A stretch of 33,647 nucleotides of DNA from a virus (lineage: Duplodnaviria; Caudoviricetes): the IMG/VR virus record IMGVR_UViG_3300047561_000339, positions 1 to 33,647 of that record; one strand, given 5' to 3'. A program made the position numbers and the translations under genes. Shown here one piece after another: positions 1 through 9,243 of the stretch; the stretch's first letter is position 1; each line of letters opens with the position of its first letter. The notes beneath the pieces were generated by a model that worked only from the letters and a program-made list of their open reading frames with translations, did no database searches and had not been told where the DNA came from.

Positions 1-127
1 AAGCCCAAGGTCGTGGAGAAGGAGCAGCCACCAGACCAGAGACGCATGACGATCATGCCCATCAGAGCCATTACGGACAAGGGTATGACGGATCATGCAT
101 TCAGGATATTTGCGCTGGTCTGCAGCT
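1..127. repeat. 127-bp terminal direct repeat, left copy (circular assembly overlap)
   Basis: 1-127 is identical to 33521-33647. The ORF starting at 33473 reads in frame across the junction, and 127 is a common assembler k-mer size. Confidence 0.95.
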
Positions 128-924
128 ACTCAAACAGGGCTGGAATTACTTGGGTGAGTCAAGCGAGACTCGCACAAGACACAGGAACCAGCCGCCAAGC
201 TGTCAGCAAACAGCTCATCAAGTTGCGTGCATTGGGCTACATCGAGACAGTCTCCAAGGCATTCAAAGGGGTCAAACCGGACACCATCAGGGTGATATTT
301 GATCCCACCATAGACGCAGAAACTGCTATCGCATTGACAAGTTCTATCGAAGATACAAGGCCACCAGAGATGAGAAAAGAGCAACAAAAAGAGCTGGATA
401 ACACGGTAGATTTCGAGAATCTCAAGCGAGTTCAAGAAATGATCAGCGGAGTCCTAAAACCCATGAATACATTACCAAAGGAATATCAAATGCCCAAACA
501 ACAGGACACAATCACGGTCGCAAAGATGAAGAAACAGATAGCAGAACATAAACAAAAGACAGCTGCATACGCAACCACTGAGGTTGCACAACCTGCTCAA
601 AAAAGAGGCACTCATACGCAACCCTATACGCAACCACAGGAAGTTGCGCAGTACGAGGAAGAACGAGTAAAAGCAGTTATATATAAGGTTTTTAATAAAC
701 ATTCAGTTAGTTCTGTACAACCACTTTCGAACTTGAAGTTGAGTGATGCTGAGTTGACAAGCATCTGTGAGACGTTATCGAATCGATATCAGTCTGAAGG
801 TGTTGCCGTTCCTGCATCAGATGACCAGTTGATATACGATTTGCTGATGATCTCAACCGATCTGGCAGAAGCTGGTGCCTATACAACGCATTCTAAGGTA
901 GCTACAGGCAGCGATCATGCATGA
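1..924 (+). CDS. HTH-domain replication initiator-like protein (3' part; true start ATG 33473 across the circular junction, about 323 aa)
   Basis: N-terminal winged HTH typical of phage initiators (WVSQARLAQDTGTSRQAVSKQLIKLRALGYI). It contains internal iteron-like repeats and is the last gene of the early rightward arm. Confidence 0.75.
   Translation, partial: KPKVVEKEQPPDQRRMTIMPIRAITDKGMTDHAFRIFALVCSYSNRAGITWVSQARLAQDTGTSRQAVSKQLIKLRALGYIETVSKAFKGVKPDTIRVIFDPTIDAETAIALTSSIEDTRPPEMRKEQQKELDNTVDFENLKRVQEMISGVLKPMNTLPKEYQMPKQQDTITVAKMKKQIAEHKQKTAAYATTEVAQPAQKRGTHTQPYTQPQEVAQYEEERVKAVIYKVFNKHSVSSVQPLSNLKLSDAELTSICETLSNRYQSEGVAVPASDDQLIYDLLMISTDLAEAGAYTTHSKVATGSDHA
565..710. promoter_or_regulatory. 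Putative replication origin inside the initiator gene (iterons plus AT-rich tract)
   Basis: ATACGCAACC occurs at 567, 614 and 626. Inverted GCAAC..GTTGC pairs lie at 571-587 and 630-647, followed by AT-rich GTTATATATAAGGTTTTTAATAAACATT. The layout resembles the lambda O origin. Confidence 0.5.
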
Positions 925-1247
925 GGTAATGGGTAGACATGGGTGGACATCGCAAATGCCTTGTAGCTCTTCTAATCCAATCTGTACAGAACTCAATCGT
1001 TCGTATCATTTCTGGACATCAAGCCTGCTTGATGTGTCCCTGTTCGACCGGCTGGAAGTAATCCTATCTTTGCGTCAGTCCACCGCGCTCGCGCCCGAAT
1101 GCAGCGTTGTCAAAGAGGCACCCTTCCCCCTCCCCCCTACCGGTAGCGATGGGGGGACTCCCCTCAATTTTTCCTGTGTTTTTATTGGCAAGTCTTTTTG
1201 TCAAGAATTCAATTCTCTCTTTTGTAATATTTCTAGAAAGGTAACGT

Positions 1248-1490
1248 ATGGCTTTTGAACACAAACCTGGCACTGGTAGTCTTTTTGCGAACAAGAACAA
1301 GCGACCTGACAAACAGGATGCTGACTTTGATGGTCGTATCGTCTTGCCTAATGGTGAGATGCATTGGGTGAAGTGTTGGCGTAAGCAGTCGAAAGCTGGG
1401 ATGGACTTCTTGTCGATCTCTATTGGTGCCAAATGTGATCGTCCTGAAGCGCCTGTGCTGAAAACGCTAGACGAGGATATTCCATTTTGA
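1248..1490 (+). CDS. Small ssDNA-binding-like protein (DUF736-like) with acidic DEDIPF tail
   Basis: GSLFANKNK...DFDGRI...W pattern and an SSB-type C-terminal DIPF motif. AAGG RBS upstream. Confidence 0.6.
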   Translation: MAFEHKPGTGSLFANKNKRPDKQDADFDGRIVLPNGEMHWVKCWRKQSKAGMDFLSISIGAKCDRPEAPVLKTLDEDIPF

Positions 1491-1909
1491 CTGCGAGAAA
1501 GAAATATCCGAACGTCGTTCCTAGTTTAAAGAACTGGGGCGGTGTTCGGTCTATCCAAAGAAACTTGGAGCGCTCAGAGACGATTCATGCAAACAGGGAG
1601 GCTGTTGCTTACGCCCTGCTTTGCATTGCTAATACTCGCATCACAGACATCATGGATTGGGATGAGGCTGGCAATGTCAGGGTTAAGCGTGCCTCAGACA
1701 TCCCTGACCATGCCTTGCAATCAATTAAGAAGATCAGCGTTAGAACGGATCGGGATGGGAACAATCATCTGGACATTGAGCTGTACGACAAGATCGGTGT
1801 GTTGCGTCTCTTAGCCAAGGCTAGTGGGTTGCTTGATAGTCCTGACCAGGACGATAAGCCGTCAGTGATTGATGTCAACGTAGTAGCACCGCCAATGAGG
1901 GATGTATGA
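1487..1909 (+). CDS. terS: Terminase small subunit
   Basis: Lies upstream of terL. ITDIMDWD...IKKI...IELYDKIGVLRLLAK resembles the TerS pattern. TTG start overlaps the previous stop. Confidence 0.7.
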   Translation: MTARKKYPNVVPSLKNWGGVRSIQRNLERSETIHANREAVAYALLCIANTRITDIMDWDEAGNVRVKRASDIPDHALQSIKKISVRTDRDGNNHLDIELYDKIGVLRLLAKASGLLDSPDQDDKPSVIDVNVVAPPMRDV

Positions 1910-2211
1910 AAAGAAAAGAAATTAAAGAACGTGCGGAAACCTTTGGTGCCAAATTTGAAGGTGGAAAAGTAAACGGAACGGTAACCATGAACCGCCATGA
2001 TTTTGAAAACTTGATTATGGCTGTTCAAATTTATATCTCATCTAAAGAGCGCGAAGAGTGTGCGACGGTGTGTGATAAGGAGATAAACCCAAATGCTGAC
2101 AAGCATGAACCTGTTAGTCAGTATCAATCGGGTTGTTACATTACCGCCGAATTTTTAGCCGCAACTATCCGCGCAAGGGGCATAGGAATAAAGTATGCCG
2201 AAGAAGATTGA
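1906..2211 (+). CDS. Hypothetical phage protein (EREECA...AATIRARG family)
   Basis: ATGA overlap with terS. The motif is recurrent in small proteobacterial phage proteins. Confidence 0.7.
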   Translation: MKRKEIKERAETFGAKFEGGKVNGTVTMNRHDFENLIMAVQIYISSKEREECATVCDKEINPNADKHEPVSQYQSGCYITAEFLAATIRARGIGIKYAEED

Positions 2212-2437
2212 TTTTGATTGGCAGGCGGTGATCAATGGCAACCGCATTGGACTTGCACAAGTGTTGGCCGGCATCCGCAATGGCGAGGTAGATGAATTAG
2301 AACTAGAGAAGCTGCAGAACTTTGTGCAGTTCTCCTTGGCATTGATGCAGCTGTCTGGCTCTGCTAAGTGGGCGCAGGCAAAGCTGAATGCAGAAATGAT
2401 GAACTACCTGCATGACAAGAATTCCCATATTAATTAA
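2195..2437 (+). CDS. Hypothetical protein
   Basis: 80-aa ORF with AGGA RBS that fills the gap before terL. Confidence 0.7.
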   Translation: MPKKIDFDWQAVINGNRIGLAQVLAGIRNGEVDELELEKLQNFVQFSLALMQLSGSAKWAQAKLNAEMMNYLHDKNSHIN

Positions 2438-2455
2438 TGAGTCTTTGGAGAAAAC

Positions 2456-4003
2456 GTGCGAACAAAAGAACAGTCAGAGAAACACCTGACAGCGGGACTG
2501 AACCTAGACTTCAGCGAGAGTCCAGTGATCTACGACTTCATCAACTCCAATGCATTTGTGCAGGGAGTGATGGGGCCAGTGGGGTCGGGAAAGTCATATG
2601 CCTGCGCTGCAAAGATATTCTTAAAAGCGATTAAACAAAAGCCCTCCCCTATAGACAATATTCGCTACACCCGCTTTGCTGTTGTTCGTAACTCGTACCC
2701 AATGCTAAAGACTACGACAATCAAAACGTGGATCGATCTGTTTCCTGAGTCAACCTTTGGGCCACTGCTCTGGACTCCACCTATTACCCATCACATCAGA
2801 CTGCCTGCTAGAGGTGAGGCCACCGGCATTGATTGCGAAGTGATCTTCTTAGCGCTCGATCAACCGAAAGACGTTCGTAAACTATTGTCTTTAGAGCTAA
2901 CTGGTGCATGGGTAAATGAAGCTCGCGAACTCCCAAAAGCAGTCATCGATGGACTCACACATAGAGTTGGCCGCTACCCTACTCAGCGCGATGGTGGTGC
3001 GACTTGGCATGGCATTTGGATGGATACCAACCCCACTGATGATGACCACTGGTGGCATCGCATGGCTGAAAAGGAAAAGATGACAGGAGCCTATGCTTGG
3101 AAGTTCTGGAAGCAACCAGGCGGCGTAGTAACAGTGCTGCCTGAAGAGCTGCCAGATAACCCAGAAGCTAATGACCATATATTTAGTGCAGGCCATTGGT
3201 GGAAATTAAACGCTAAAGCAGAGAACGTTAACAACCTGCCTGGTGGTTACTACCAGCAAATGCTGTTGGGTAAGAACCTAGATTGGATTCGTTGCTATGC
3301 AGGCGGTGAATATACCTATGTGCAAGAAGGTCGCCCTGTCTGGCCTGAGTATGAAGACTCAACCATGTCTGGTGACACCGAACTAGACCCCAATGTACCG
3401 ATTCAAGTGGGCCTAGACTTTGGATTAACCCCTGCAGCCACCATTGGCCAGCGTTTAAACAATGGTCGATGGGTAATTCACCATGAAATCGTTACCTTCT
3501 CTATGGGTCTAGAGCGCTTTGGCACCCAGCTACTAGCTGAACTTAATCAGCTCTACCCAAATCATCAAGTATTGGTCTGGGGTGATCCTGCCGGTATGCA
3601 AAGAGACGCTATTTATGAGGTAACAGCATTTGATTACCTGAAAACTCTTGGCCTGCGTGCGCAGCCAACAGCATCAAACGACTTTAAGGTACGTCGAGAA
3701 GCCTCTGCTGCTCCTATGCAGCGTTTAATCATGGGCAAGCCTGGGTTAATCATCAATCGTTCCTGCAAGCTACTGCGTAAATCCTTGGCCGGTGGCTATC
3801 ACTTCAAGCGTGTAGCGGTTGGTGCGGGTCAAGAGCGCTTTAGAGACGCGCCAAACAAGAACGAACACTCCCACATCGGTGATTCGTTCGGTTACTTGAT
3901 GCTGGGCGGCGGTGAATACAACCGGATGACTAGGCAACACCAGCTTGGCGGGAAACTGGCAGAGCAGACAGTAGCTAAGACTGACTTTGATGTATTCGGT
4001 TGA
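2456..4003 (+). CDS. terL: Terminase large subunit
   Basis: Walker A GPVGSGKS, Walker B variant WVNE, coupling motif DTNP, nuclease motifs GLDFG and HIGD. GTG start with GGAG RBS. Confidence 0.95.
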   Translation: MRTKEQSEKHLTAGLNLDFSESPVIYDFINSNAFVQGVMGPVGSGKSYACAAKIFLKAIKQKPSPIDNIRYTRFAVVRNSYPMLKTTTIKTWIDLFPESTFGPLLWTPPITHHIRLPARGEATGIDCEVIFLALDQPKDVRKLLSLELTGAWVNEARELPKAVIDGLTHRVGRYPTQRDGGATWHGIWMDTNPTDDDHWWHRMAEKEKMTGAYAWKFWKQPGGVVTVLPEELPDNPEANDHIFSAGHWWKLNAKAENVNNLPGGYYQQMLLGKNLDWIRCYAGGEYTYVQEGRPVWPEYEDSTMSGDTELDPNVPIQVGLDFGLTPAATIGQRLNNGRWVIHHEIVTFSMGLERFGTQLLAELNQLYPNHQVLVWGDPAGMQRDAIYEVTAFDYLKTLGLRAQPTASNDFKVRREASAAPMQRLIMGKPGLIINRSCKLLRKSLAGGYHFKRVAVGAGQERFRDAPNKNEHSHIGDSFGYLMLGGGEYNRMTRQHQLGGKLAEQTVAKTDFDVFG

Positions 4004-4027
4004 TGTTGCTGCTAGCAATATGACGGA

Positions 4028-4055
4028 TTGTCCCTCTAATGAAACTCAATAAAAT
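4028..4055 (+). promoter_or_regulatory. Putative sigma70-like promoter TTGTCC-16-TAAAAT
   Basis: Intergenic between terL and the cupin gene. The predicted +1 is only a few nt from ATG 4065. Confidence 0.4.
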
Positions 4056-4064
4056 CCCAGCAAT

Positions 4065-4532
4065 ATGGATGATCTAGTGATTACAGAACCTGGTCTTGAA
4101 TTGCTTAATGCTTTTCGGTCGCCATCAGTGCGTAAGCAGATTATGGACATTCAAAAGTTTGTGCAAGAGATGCCGCAGGTTGAAATGCCTAGACAACATA
4201 CGTTTGCCCCAGGCGTGTACGTTGGTCAAATGGATGCCCCAGCTGGCGCTGTGATTGTTGGCAAGATTCATAAGACTGAACACGTAGTCATCATTGCTCA
4301 AGGCGAAGCATCTATATTGACAGACGAAGGTGTGCAGCGATTTACAGCTCCATGCACGTTTGTAGCAAAGCCTGGTGCTAAGCGCGTGATTTATGTGCAT
4401 CAAGACTTAGTCATGATCAACGTACATCCAACAGACGAAACTGATCTAGAAAAAATTGAAGCTGAAATTATTGCACCTGACTTTGAGGCGCTTGATAAGC
4501 ATTTAGGAACATTATTAATTAAAGGAGATTGA
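4065..4532 (+). CDS. Cupin-fold (double-stranded beta-helix) phage protein
   Basis: HTFAPGVY...GKIHKTEH...PGAKR...H cupin-like pattern. Confidence 0.7.
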   Translation: MDDLVITEPGLELLNAFRSPSVRKQIMDIQKFVQEMPQVEMPRQHTFAPGVYVGQMDAPAGAVIVGKIHKTEHVVIIAQGEASILTDEGVQRFTAPCTFVAKPGAKRVIYVHQDLVMINVHPTDETDLEKIEAEIIAPDFEALDKHLGTLLIKGD

Positions 4533-4534
4533 TT

Positions 4535-4981
4535 ATGATCTGGGCCGTTACTGCAGCAATTATTGGAACTTCACTGTATGGAGCTAGCGAAGGTCGTAAA
4601 GCGCGTATGGATGCTGAAAAGCAGCAAAAGAAAGCATTGCTTCAGCAATCAACCGAAGCTGCTGCAATGCGTACAGAATTAGCAAATCAAACAGCTGAAT
4701 ACGCTAAGCAAGGGGCCTCGCTTCAACAGCAAGCTAATCTTGCTAAAGAACAGTTTGCAGCTCAGCAGTTGCAATACGGTGAAAACAAACTGGCAATGGA
4801 CACCAAAGCTAAAGAAGTTCAAGCAGCTGCAGATGAAGAGCGTCGTAAAGCAGCCGCATCAGAAGCATCTGCATTAAAAGCGCGAACTAGAGGTGGCCGC
4901 AGATCATTATTGTCTCAAGAGCGCATGACACCTGAACTTGGCATATCAGCTACACAGCTTGGCTCTGGAATGATGGTGTAA
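4535..4981 (+). CDS. Putative small virion protein (hydrophobic N-terminus, coiled coil, basic GRRSLL tail)
   Basis: AAGGAG RBS favours ATG 4535. Its position before the portal resembles T7 gp6.7/7.3-type proteins. Confidence 0.6.
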   Translation: MIWAVTAAIIGTSLYGASEGRKARMDAEKQQKKALLQQSTEAAAMRTELANQTAEYAKQGASLQQQANLAKEQFAAQQLQYGENKLAMDTKAKEVQAAADEERRKAAASEASALKARTRGGRRSLLSQERMTPELGISATQLGSGMMV

Positions 4982-4983
4982 CT

Positions 4984-5640
4984 ATGGCATTCAGTGAATA
5001 TCAAAAACGAATGATGGTTCGAAAGAACTCAGACCTTACTAAACTATCTTCACAGTTTGGCAAAGATGTTAATGCCAGTACATCAGCTTATGAAAAAGCT
5101 TTTGGTGACTATCAAAAGCAGAGCGATGAATTAATGGCTCCATACAACACTGCAGTAAAAAACTATCAAGATGTTTTGTATCCACAGTTTGAGCAGGCAA
5201 CATCTAATTACAAAACACAGTTAGAGCAATTTAATAATTCGCTTGCTAACTTTCAACCAAAATCAATAGTTAATGCTCCATTTACTTTAAAAGCCGATCT
5301 TCAAAAAGGTACAGCTGAACAAATATGGAACATTGATGGGAAAAGTATAAGTACTAAAAATCTACCTTCTGGATACTCTTATGAGGTTGCACCTAAAGGT
5401 ACTAAGAATAGATTTTATGATTTATATAAAGATAATCCAGTGCCAACATTTTCTGATAAAGCACCATCAGCGCCATCAAGACCAGAGGCTCCGGTAATTC
5501 CTCCTTTTGATGACACTACATTTAAAAAACAATCAGCAGATTTGCAGTCTGGATTTTCACGTGACCTTGGTTCAAGAAAAGCAGCGCGTTTAAATGTCAT
5601 TGGTCGAAAATCATCTAGGCCACTAATGGGTGAAATGTAA
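4984..5640 (+). CDS. Hypothetical protein, probably virion-associated
   Basis: 218-aa ORF tightly coupled to the upstream gene, with a basic C-terminus. Confidence 0.7.
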   Translation: MAFSEYQKRMMVRKNSDLTKLSSQFGKDVNASTSAYEKAFGDYQKQSDELMAPYNTAVKNYQDVLYPQFEQATSNYKTQLEQFNNSLANFQPKSIVNAPFTLKADLQKGTAEQIWNIDGKSISTKNLPSGYSYEVAPKGTKNRFYDLYKDNPVPTFSDKAPSAPSRPEAPVIPPFDDTTFKKQSADLQSGFSRDLGSRKAARLNVIGRKSSRPLMGEM

Positions 5641-5661
5641 TGAATCAATCAAGGAATAAAA

Positions 5662-6117
5662 GTGGCAACTAGAACGCTTTTAAAAGACAAGGAAATTGAA
5701 AAAGAAGTTCATCAATGTCCTCTGCCTACACATGACTTGCATATTAATTTGCGCAATAGGCTAATTGCATTTAAAGAATACGGATACGGCCCAGCAAACC
5801 CTGATGCTCCTGCTAAAGAATTTTGGAATCGTAAATCAATTATTTGGAATTGCACTGAGACAGAAGCTAAAACAATGCGGTGCGGTAACTGCTCTGCTTT
5901 TATTCAAACGTCACAAATGTTTGAATGCATTAAAGCAGGCATAGAAGCAAAAGACCCAAGGATGGAAGCTGGCTACGATGAAGACGTTATAGAAGCCGCA
6001 AACCTTGGCTATTGCGAACTGCTGCACTTTAAATGTGCTGGTACTAGAACCTGTGATGCCTGGCTTGTTGGTGGCCCAATCACAGACAAGAATGCTAAAT
6101 CCGAAAAGGACGATTGA
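5662..6117 (+). CDS. Cys-rich protein with HiPIP-like metal-binding motif
   Basis: CGNCSAF...GYCELL...TCDAW. GTG start with AAGGA RBS. Confidence 0.6.
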   Translation: MATRTLLKDKEIEKEVHQCPLPTHDLHINLRNRLIAFKEYGYGPANPDAPAKEFWNRKSIIWNCTETEAKTMRCGNCSAFIQTSQMFECIKAGIEAKDPRMEAGYDEDVIEAANLGYCELLHFKCAGTRTCDAWLVGGPITDKNAKSEKDD

Positions 6118-6119
6118 TT

Positions 6120-7715
6120 ATGGAGCAAAAGACTCCGATGGGTGGCAAACGGTTAAAGCCTGAAGAAATCTTAAAGCGCCAAGAAGTAGCACAGCGCAAG
6201 AAAGATGAATTCCAGCAGCTTTATCAGGAAGCCTATGAGTTTGCCCTGCCCCAACGTCAGCTCTATGGTGTATGGGAAGGCGGCACCACAGGCAGTCGCA
6301 AGATGATGCGCGTATTTGATTCAACAGCAATCAACTCAACGCAGCGCTTCGCCAATAAGTTGCAGTCTGTTGTTTTCCCTCCGCAGCGCAAGTGGTCGAG
6401 GCTTGAGCCTGGCATTCAAATACCTGACGATCAGAAAGCAAGAGCGCAGGAAATACTTGATGCTTACAGCGAAAAAATGTATGCCATTTTGCGGCAGTCT
6501 AATTTTGATATTGCTATTGGCGAGTTCTTGCTTGACTTAGCTGTTGGTACTGCCTGCATGATGGTGCAGCCTGGCGACGATGTGTCCCCAATTAACTTTG
6601 TACCAGTTCCCCTTTTCTTGGTTTGCTATGAAGAAGGTGCGAATGGTCAGGTAGATAATGTCTATCGACGTATGCGCATCAAAGGCGAGTCTATTATTAG
6701 ACAATGGCCTGATGCAAAAATACCGCCTAACCTGCAGAACAAAATAGATCAAAAGCCAACAGACGATATTGAGTTAATCGAAGCAACTATCTTTGACTTT
6801 AATCGAGGCGACTACTGCTATCACGTTCTTTATAAAGAAGGAAAAGAAGAACTGGTATACCGCCGTCAGAATTACTCACCGTGGGTAATTTCTCGCTACA
6901 TGAAAGTAGCTGGTGAGATTTATGGCCGTGGGCCATTGATGACTGCCCTGCCTGATATTAAGACCTTAAACAAAGTCATTGAGCTGCTACTTAAAAATGC
7001 CTCGTTAGCAGTGGCTGGTGTCTACACTGCAGCTGACGATGGCGTATTAAATCCAAACACAGTCAAGATTTTGCCTGGTGCGATTATTCCGGTGGCTAGG
7101 AACGGTGGCCCTCAAGGCCCTGCCCTGCAACCATTGCCCCGCTCTGGTGACTTTAACGTATCTCAAATTGTCATCAATGATCTGCGTGCAAACGTTAAGC
7201 GCATCCTGCTTGACGAGTCACTGCCACCAGACAATATGTCTGCACGTTCTGCCACTGAGATTGTCGAGCGAATGAAAGAGCTGGCTCAAAACCTTGGCTC
7301 TGCGTTTGGTCGATTGATCAACGAAACAATGATCCCGCTAGTCACTAAGATTCTAGAAGTGATGGATTCTCGCGGATTGATCACGATGCCACTGCGCGTC
7401 AATGGTCTAGAAATCAAGGTAACTCCAGTTGCTCCGTTGGCGATGGCTCAGAACATGGAAGAAGTAAACGCCATCCTGCAGTATTCCCAGCTGATGCAAA
7501 ACTTTGGTGCCGATGGACAGCTAGCCTTAAAGAATGACTTTGTTGTTGACTATATTGGTGACAAGCTTGGCGTGCCTGCATCTGTTCGTAATGATGCTGT
7601 AGAGCGTGCCGTACTAATGGAAGAAGCGCAAGCTCAACAGGCTCAAGCAGCCGCAATGCAGATGGCTGCTATGCAACAGCAGCAACCTCAACAACCTCCT
7701 CCAATGGGTGCATAA
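6120..7715 (+). CDS. Portal (head-to-tail connector), T7 gp8/Bbp21-like
   Basis: About 531 aa with FDSTA, GEIYGRGP and RSATEI..R motifs and a Gln-rich tail. Confidence 0.95.
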   Translation: MEQKTPMGGKRLKPEEILKRQEVAQRKKDEFQQLYQEAYEFALPQRQLYGVWEGGTTGSRKMMRVFDSTAINSTQRFANKLQSVVFPPQRKWSRLEPGIQIPDDQKARAQEILDAYSEKMYAILRQSNFDIAIGEFLLDLAVGTACMMVQPGDDVSPINFVPVPLFLVCYEEGANGQVDNVYRRMRIKGESIIRQWPDAKIPPNLQNKIDQKPTDDIELIEATIFDFNRGDYCYHVLYKEGKEELVYRRQNYSPWVISRYMKVAGEIYGRGPLMTALPDIKTLNKVIELLLKNASLAVAGVYTAADDGVLNPNTVKILPGAIIPVARNGGPQGPALQPLPRSGDFNVSQIVINDLRANVKRILLDESLPPDNMSARSATEIVERMKELAQNLGSAFGRLINETMIPLVTKILEVMDSRGLITMPLRVNGLEIKVTPVAPLAMAQNMEEVNAILQYSQLMQNFGADGQLALKNDFVVDYIGDKLGVPASVRNDAVERAVLMEEAQAQQAQAAAMQMAAMQQQQPQQPPPMGA

Positions 7716-8042
7716 ATGGACTACGGCAAACGGCCAGATGGAACCCCCAAGGGAGCCGGATTCTTTGGAGAGATTAAAAGACCAGACGGTAACGTCATGA
7801 CAGAAATTAGTATCGGCGTTGGAATTAATGGAAAAGAAACATTAGTGCCATTGATTGTTCCTACATTAGATAAAAATGAACTTAATTATTTAATGAAGAG
7901 TGATCCTAAATCAAAGCAGTTTATGAGCAAAATGCCACCAGGCATTATTGATAAAGCAGTCAACTTTGCTTCAGACAGGATTAAAAATAATCAGTCTCCA
8001 TTTGCTGACCCAAATGAAAAACCTTTTGAGATGCCTAAATGA
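7716..8042 (+). CDS. Hypothetical protein
   Basis: 108-aa ORF abutting the portal stop and overlapping the next start (ATGA). KRPDG occurs twice. Confidence 0.7.
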   Translation: MDYGKRPDGTPKGAGFFGEIKRPDGNVMTEISIGVGINGKETLVPLIVPTLDKNELNYLMKSDPKSKQFMSKMPPGIIDKAVNFASDRIKNNQSPFADPNEKPFEMPK

Positions 8043-8302
8043 GCTGGGAAGACTTAGAAGATATTGAAGAATCAGAGGATATTCGCTCTGCTTTGCAGTC
8101 TAGGGAAGACCTAAACAAGCTTTGCCATCGAGTATTTTCTACTGAAGATGGGGAATCTTTTCTACTTTGGTTAAAAGAAATGTACGTGGACGTTTCTATT
8201 GCTGTGCCAGGGAACGATCCATCGCACGCATTCTTTGCAGAAGGTCAGCGAAGCGTGGTGCGTAACATTATGGCGCGGATATTGGCGGCAAAGAACATGT
8301 AA
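8039..8302 (+). CDS. Bbp19-like phage protein
   Basis: RVF...G...L.WL...FAEGQRSVV pattern, located between portal and scaffold. Confidence 0.7.
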   Translation: MSWEDLEDIEESEDIRSALQSREDLNKLCHRVFSTEDGESFLLWLKEMYVDVSIAVPGNDPSHAFFAEGQRSVVRNIMARILAAKNM

Positions 8303-8357
8303 ATTTTTTTGCCTACTTTGTACAACTATCAATAGTATCTTTTGAATAAGGGATAAC

Positions 8358-9143
8358 ATGACAGACACAGCTATAGAACCCAGTGCGGCAACAACTGGCT
8401 TATTCGATGGCGCGGCACTAGAAGACTCCACCAAAGTAACCACTGAAGAGGTTGCGATTGACCATCGAATAGAAGAAAAATCAACCGACATAGCCAGTGA
8501 TACTGGCGCTCCCAAGGTTAAGCCAGAGTTTTTGCCAGATAACTTCTGGGATGCAAACAAAGGTGAAGCCAATCTTGAAGCCATGAGCAAGTCATGGTCA
8601 GATTTGCGCAAGCAGATCAGTCAAGGCAAGCACAAAGCACCGGCAGATGGAAACTACGATACCTCCAGCTGGGGTGGCGATGCTGCAGAAAACCCAATGG
8701 CATCTACTTTGCTGGGCTGGGCTAAAGAAAACAATCTCAGCCAAGGGCAATTTGATGACTTGGTTGGCCAGCTAAAGACCAAAGCATTTGAAGTAATGGA
8801 TGGCCAAAACATTGACCCGCAGGTTGAAATGCAAAAGCTTGGGCCTAATGGCAGCGCCCTAGTCAATGGAATGTCTGATTGGGCTAGAGGCCTAATAAGC
8901 AAAGGCACCTGGAGTTCAGATGATTGGGACGAGTTCAAGATCATGGCAGGCACTGCGCGTGGCGTAACCATGCTCTCAAAGCTGCGTGAAACCTATGAAG
9001 GTCGGATGCCCATTGAGACGCAACCGCTTGATGGCACCCCCTCAAAAGATGAGCTGTATTCAATGGTCAACGATAAACGCTATCGTGAAGACCCAACGTT
9101 CAGGAAAAAAGTGGAACGGATGTTTGAACAAACTATCAAGTAA
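8358..9143 (+). CDS. Capsid scaffolding protein
   Basis: Acidic N-terminus, KPEFLPDNFWD motif and C-terminal DKRY..DP.F..KV. Lies directly before the major capsid gene. Confidence 0.85.
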   Translation: MTDTAIEPSAATTGLFDGAALEDSTKVTTEEVAIDHRIEEKSTDIASDTGAPKVKPEFLPDNFWDANKGEANLEAMSKSWSDLRKQISQGKHKAPADGNYDTSSWGGDAAENPMASTLLGWAKENNLSQGQFDDLVGQLKTKAFEVMDGQNIDPQVEMQKLGPNGSALVNGMSDWARGLISKGTWSSDDWDEFKIMAGTARGVTMLSKLRETYEGRMPIETQPLDGTPSKDELYSMVNDKRYREDPTFRKKVERMFEQTIK

Positions 9144-9150
9144 ATCTCGC

Positions 9151-9197
9151 AGGCGACCTCCGCCTTTTAGCCCCAGTTAGCGCTGGGGCATTTTTTT
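9151..9197 (+). terminator. Intrinsic terminator with a preceding second hairpin
   Basis: AGGCG-acctc-CGCCT, then GCCCCAG-ttagcg-CTGGGGC followed by A and T7. Confidence 0.8.
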
Positions 9198-9212
9198 GTT
9201 CAATCAACCGGC

Positions 9213-9240
9213 TTGCAATTTAACCCCTCTTTCTTAGAAT
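9213..9240 (+). promoter_or_regulatory. Putative capsid promoter TTGCAA-16-TAGAAT
   Basis: Immediately downstream of the terminator and upstream of the major capsid leader. Confidence 0.55.
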
Positions 9241-9243
9241 TCG

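Noticed and set aside
917-1432. ORFs 917-1258 (+) and 1064-1432 (-)
   Set aside because: No recognisable motifs, and they cross homopolymeric C/G tracts or lie antisense to a better gene. Likely spurious.
2906-2920. Terminase Walker B reading WVNE rather than hhhhDE as a sign of inactivation
   Set aside because: The catalytic Glu and all other motifs are intact, so it is best read as a natural variant.
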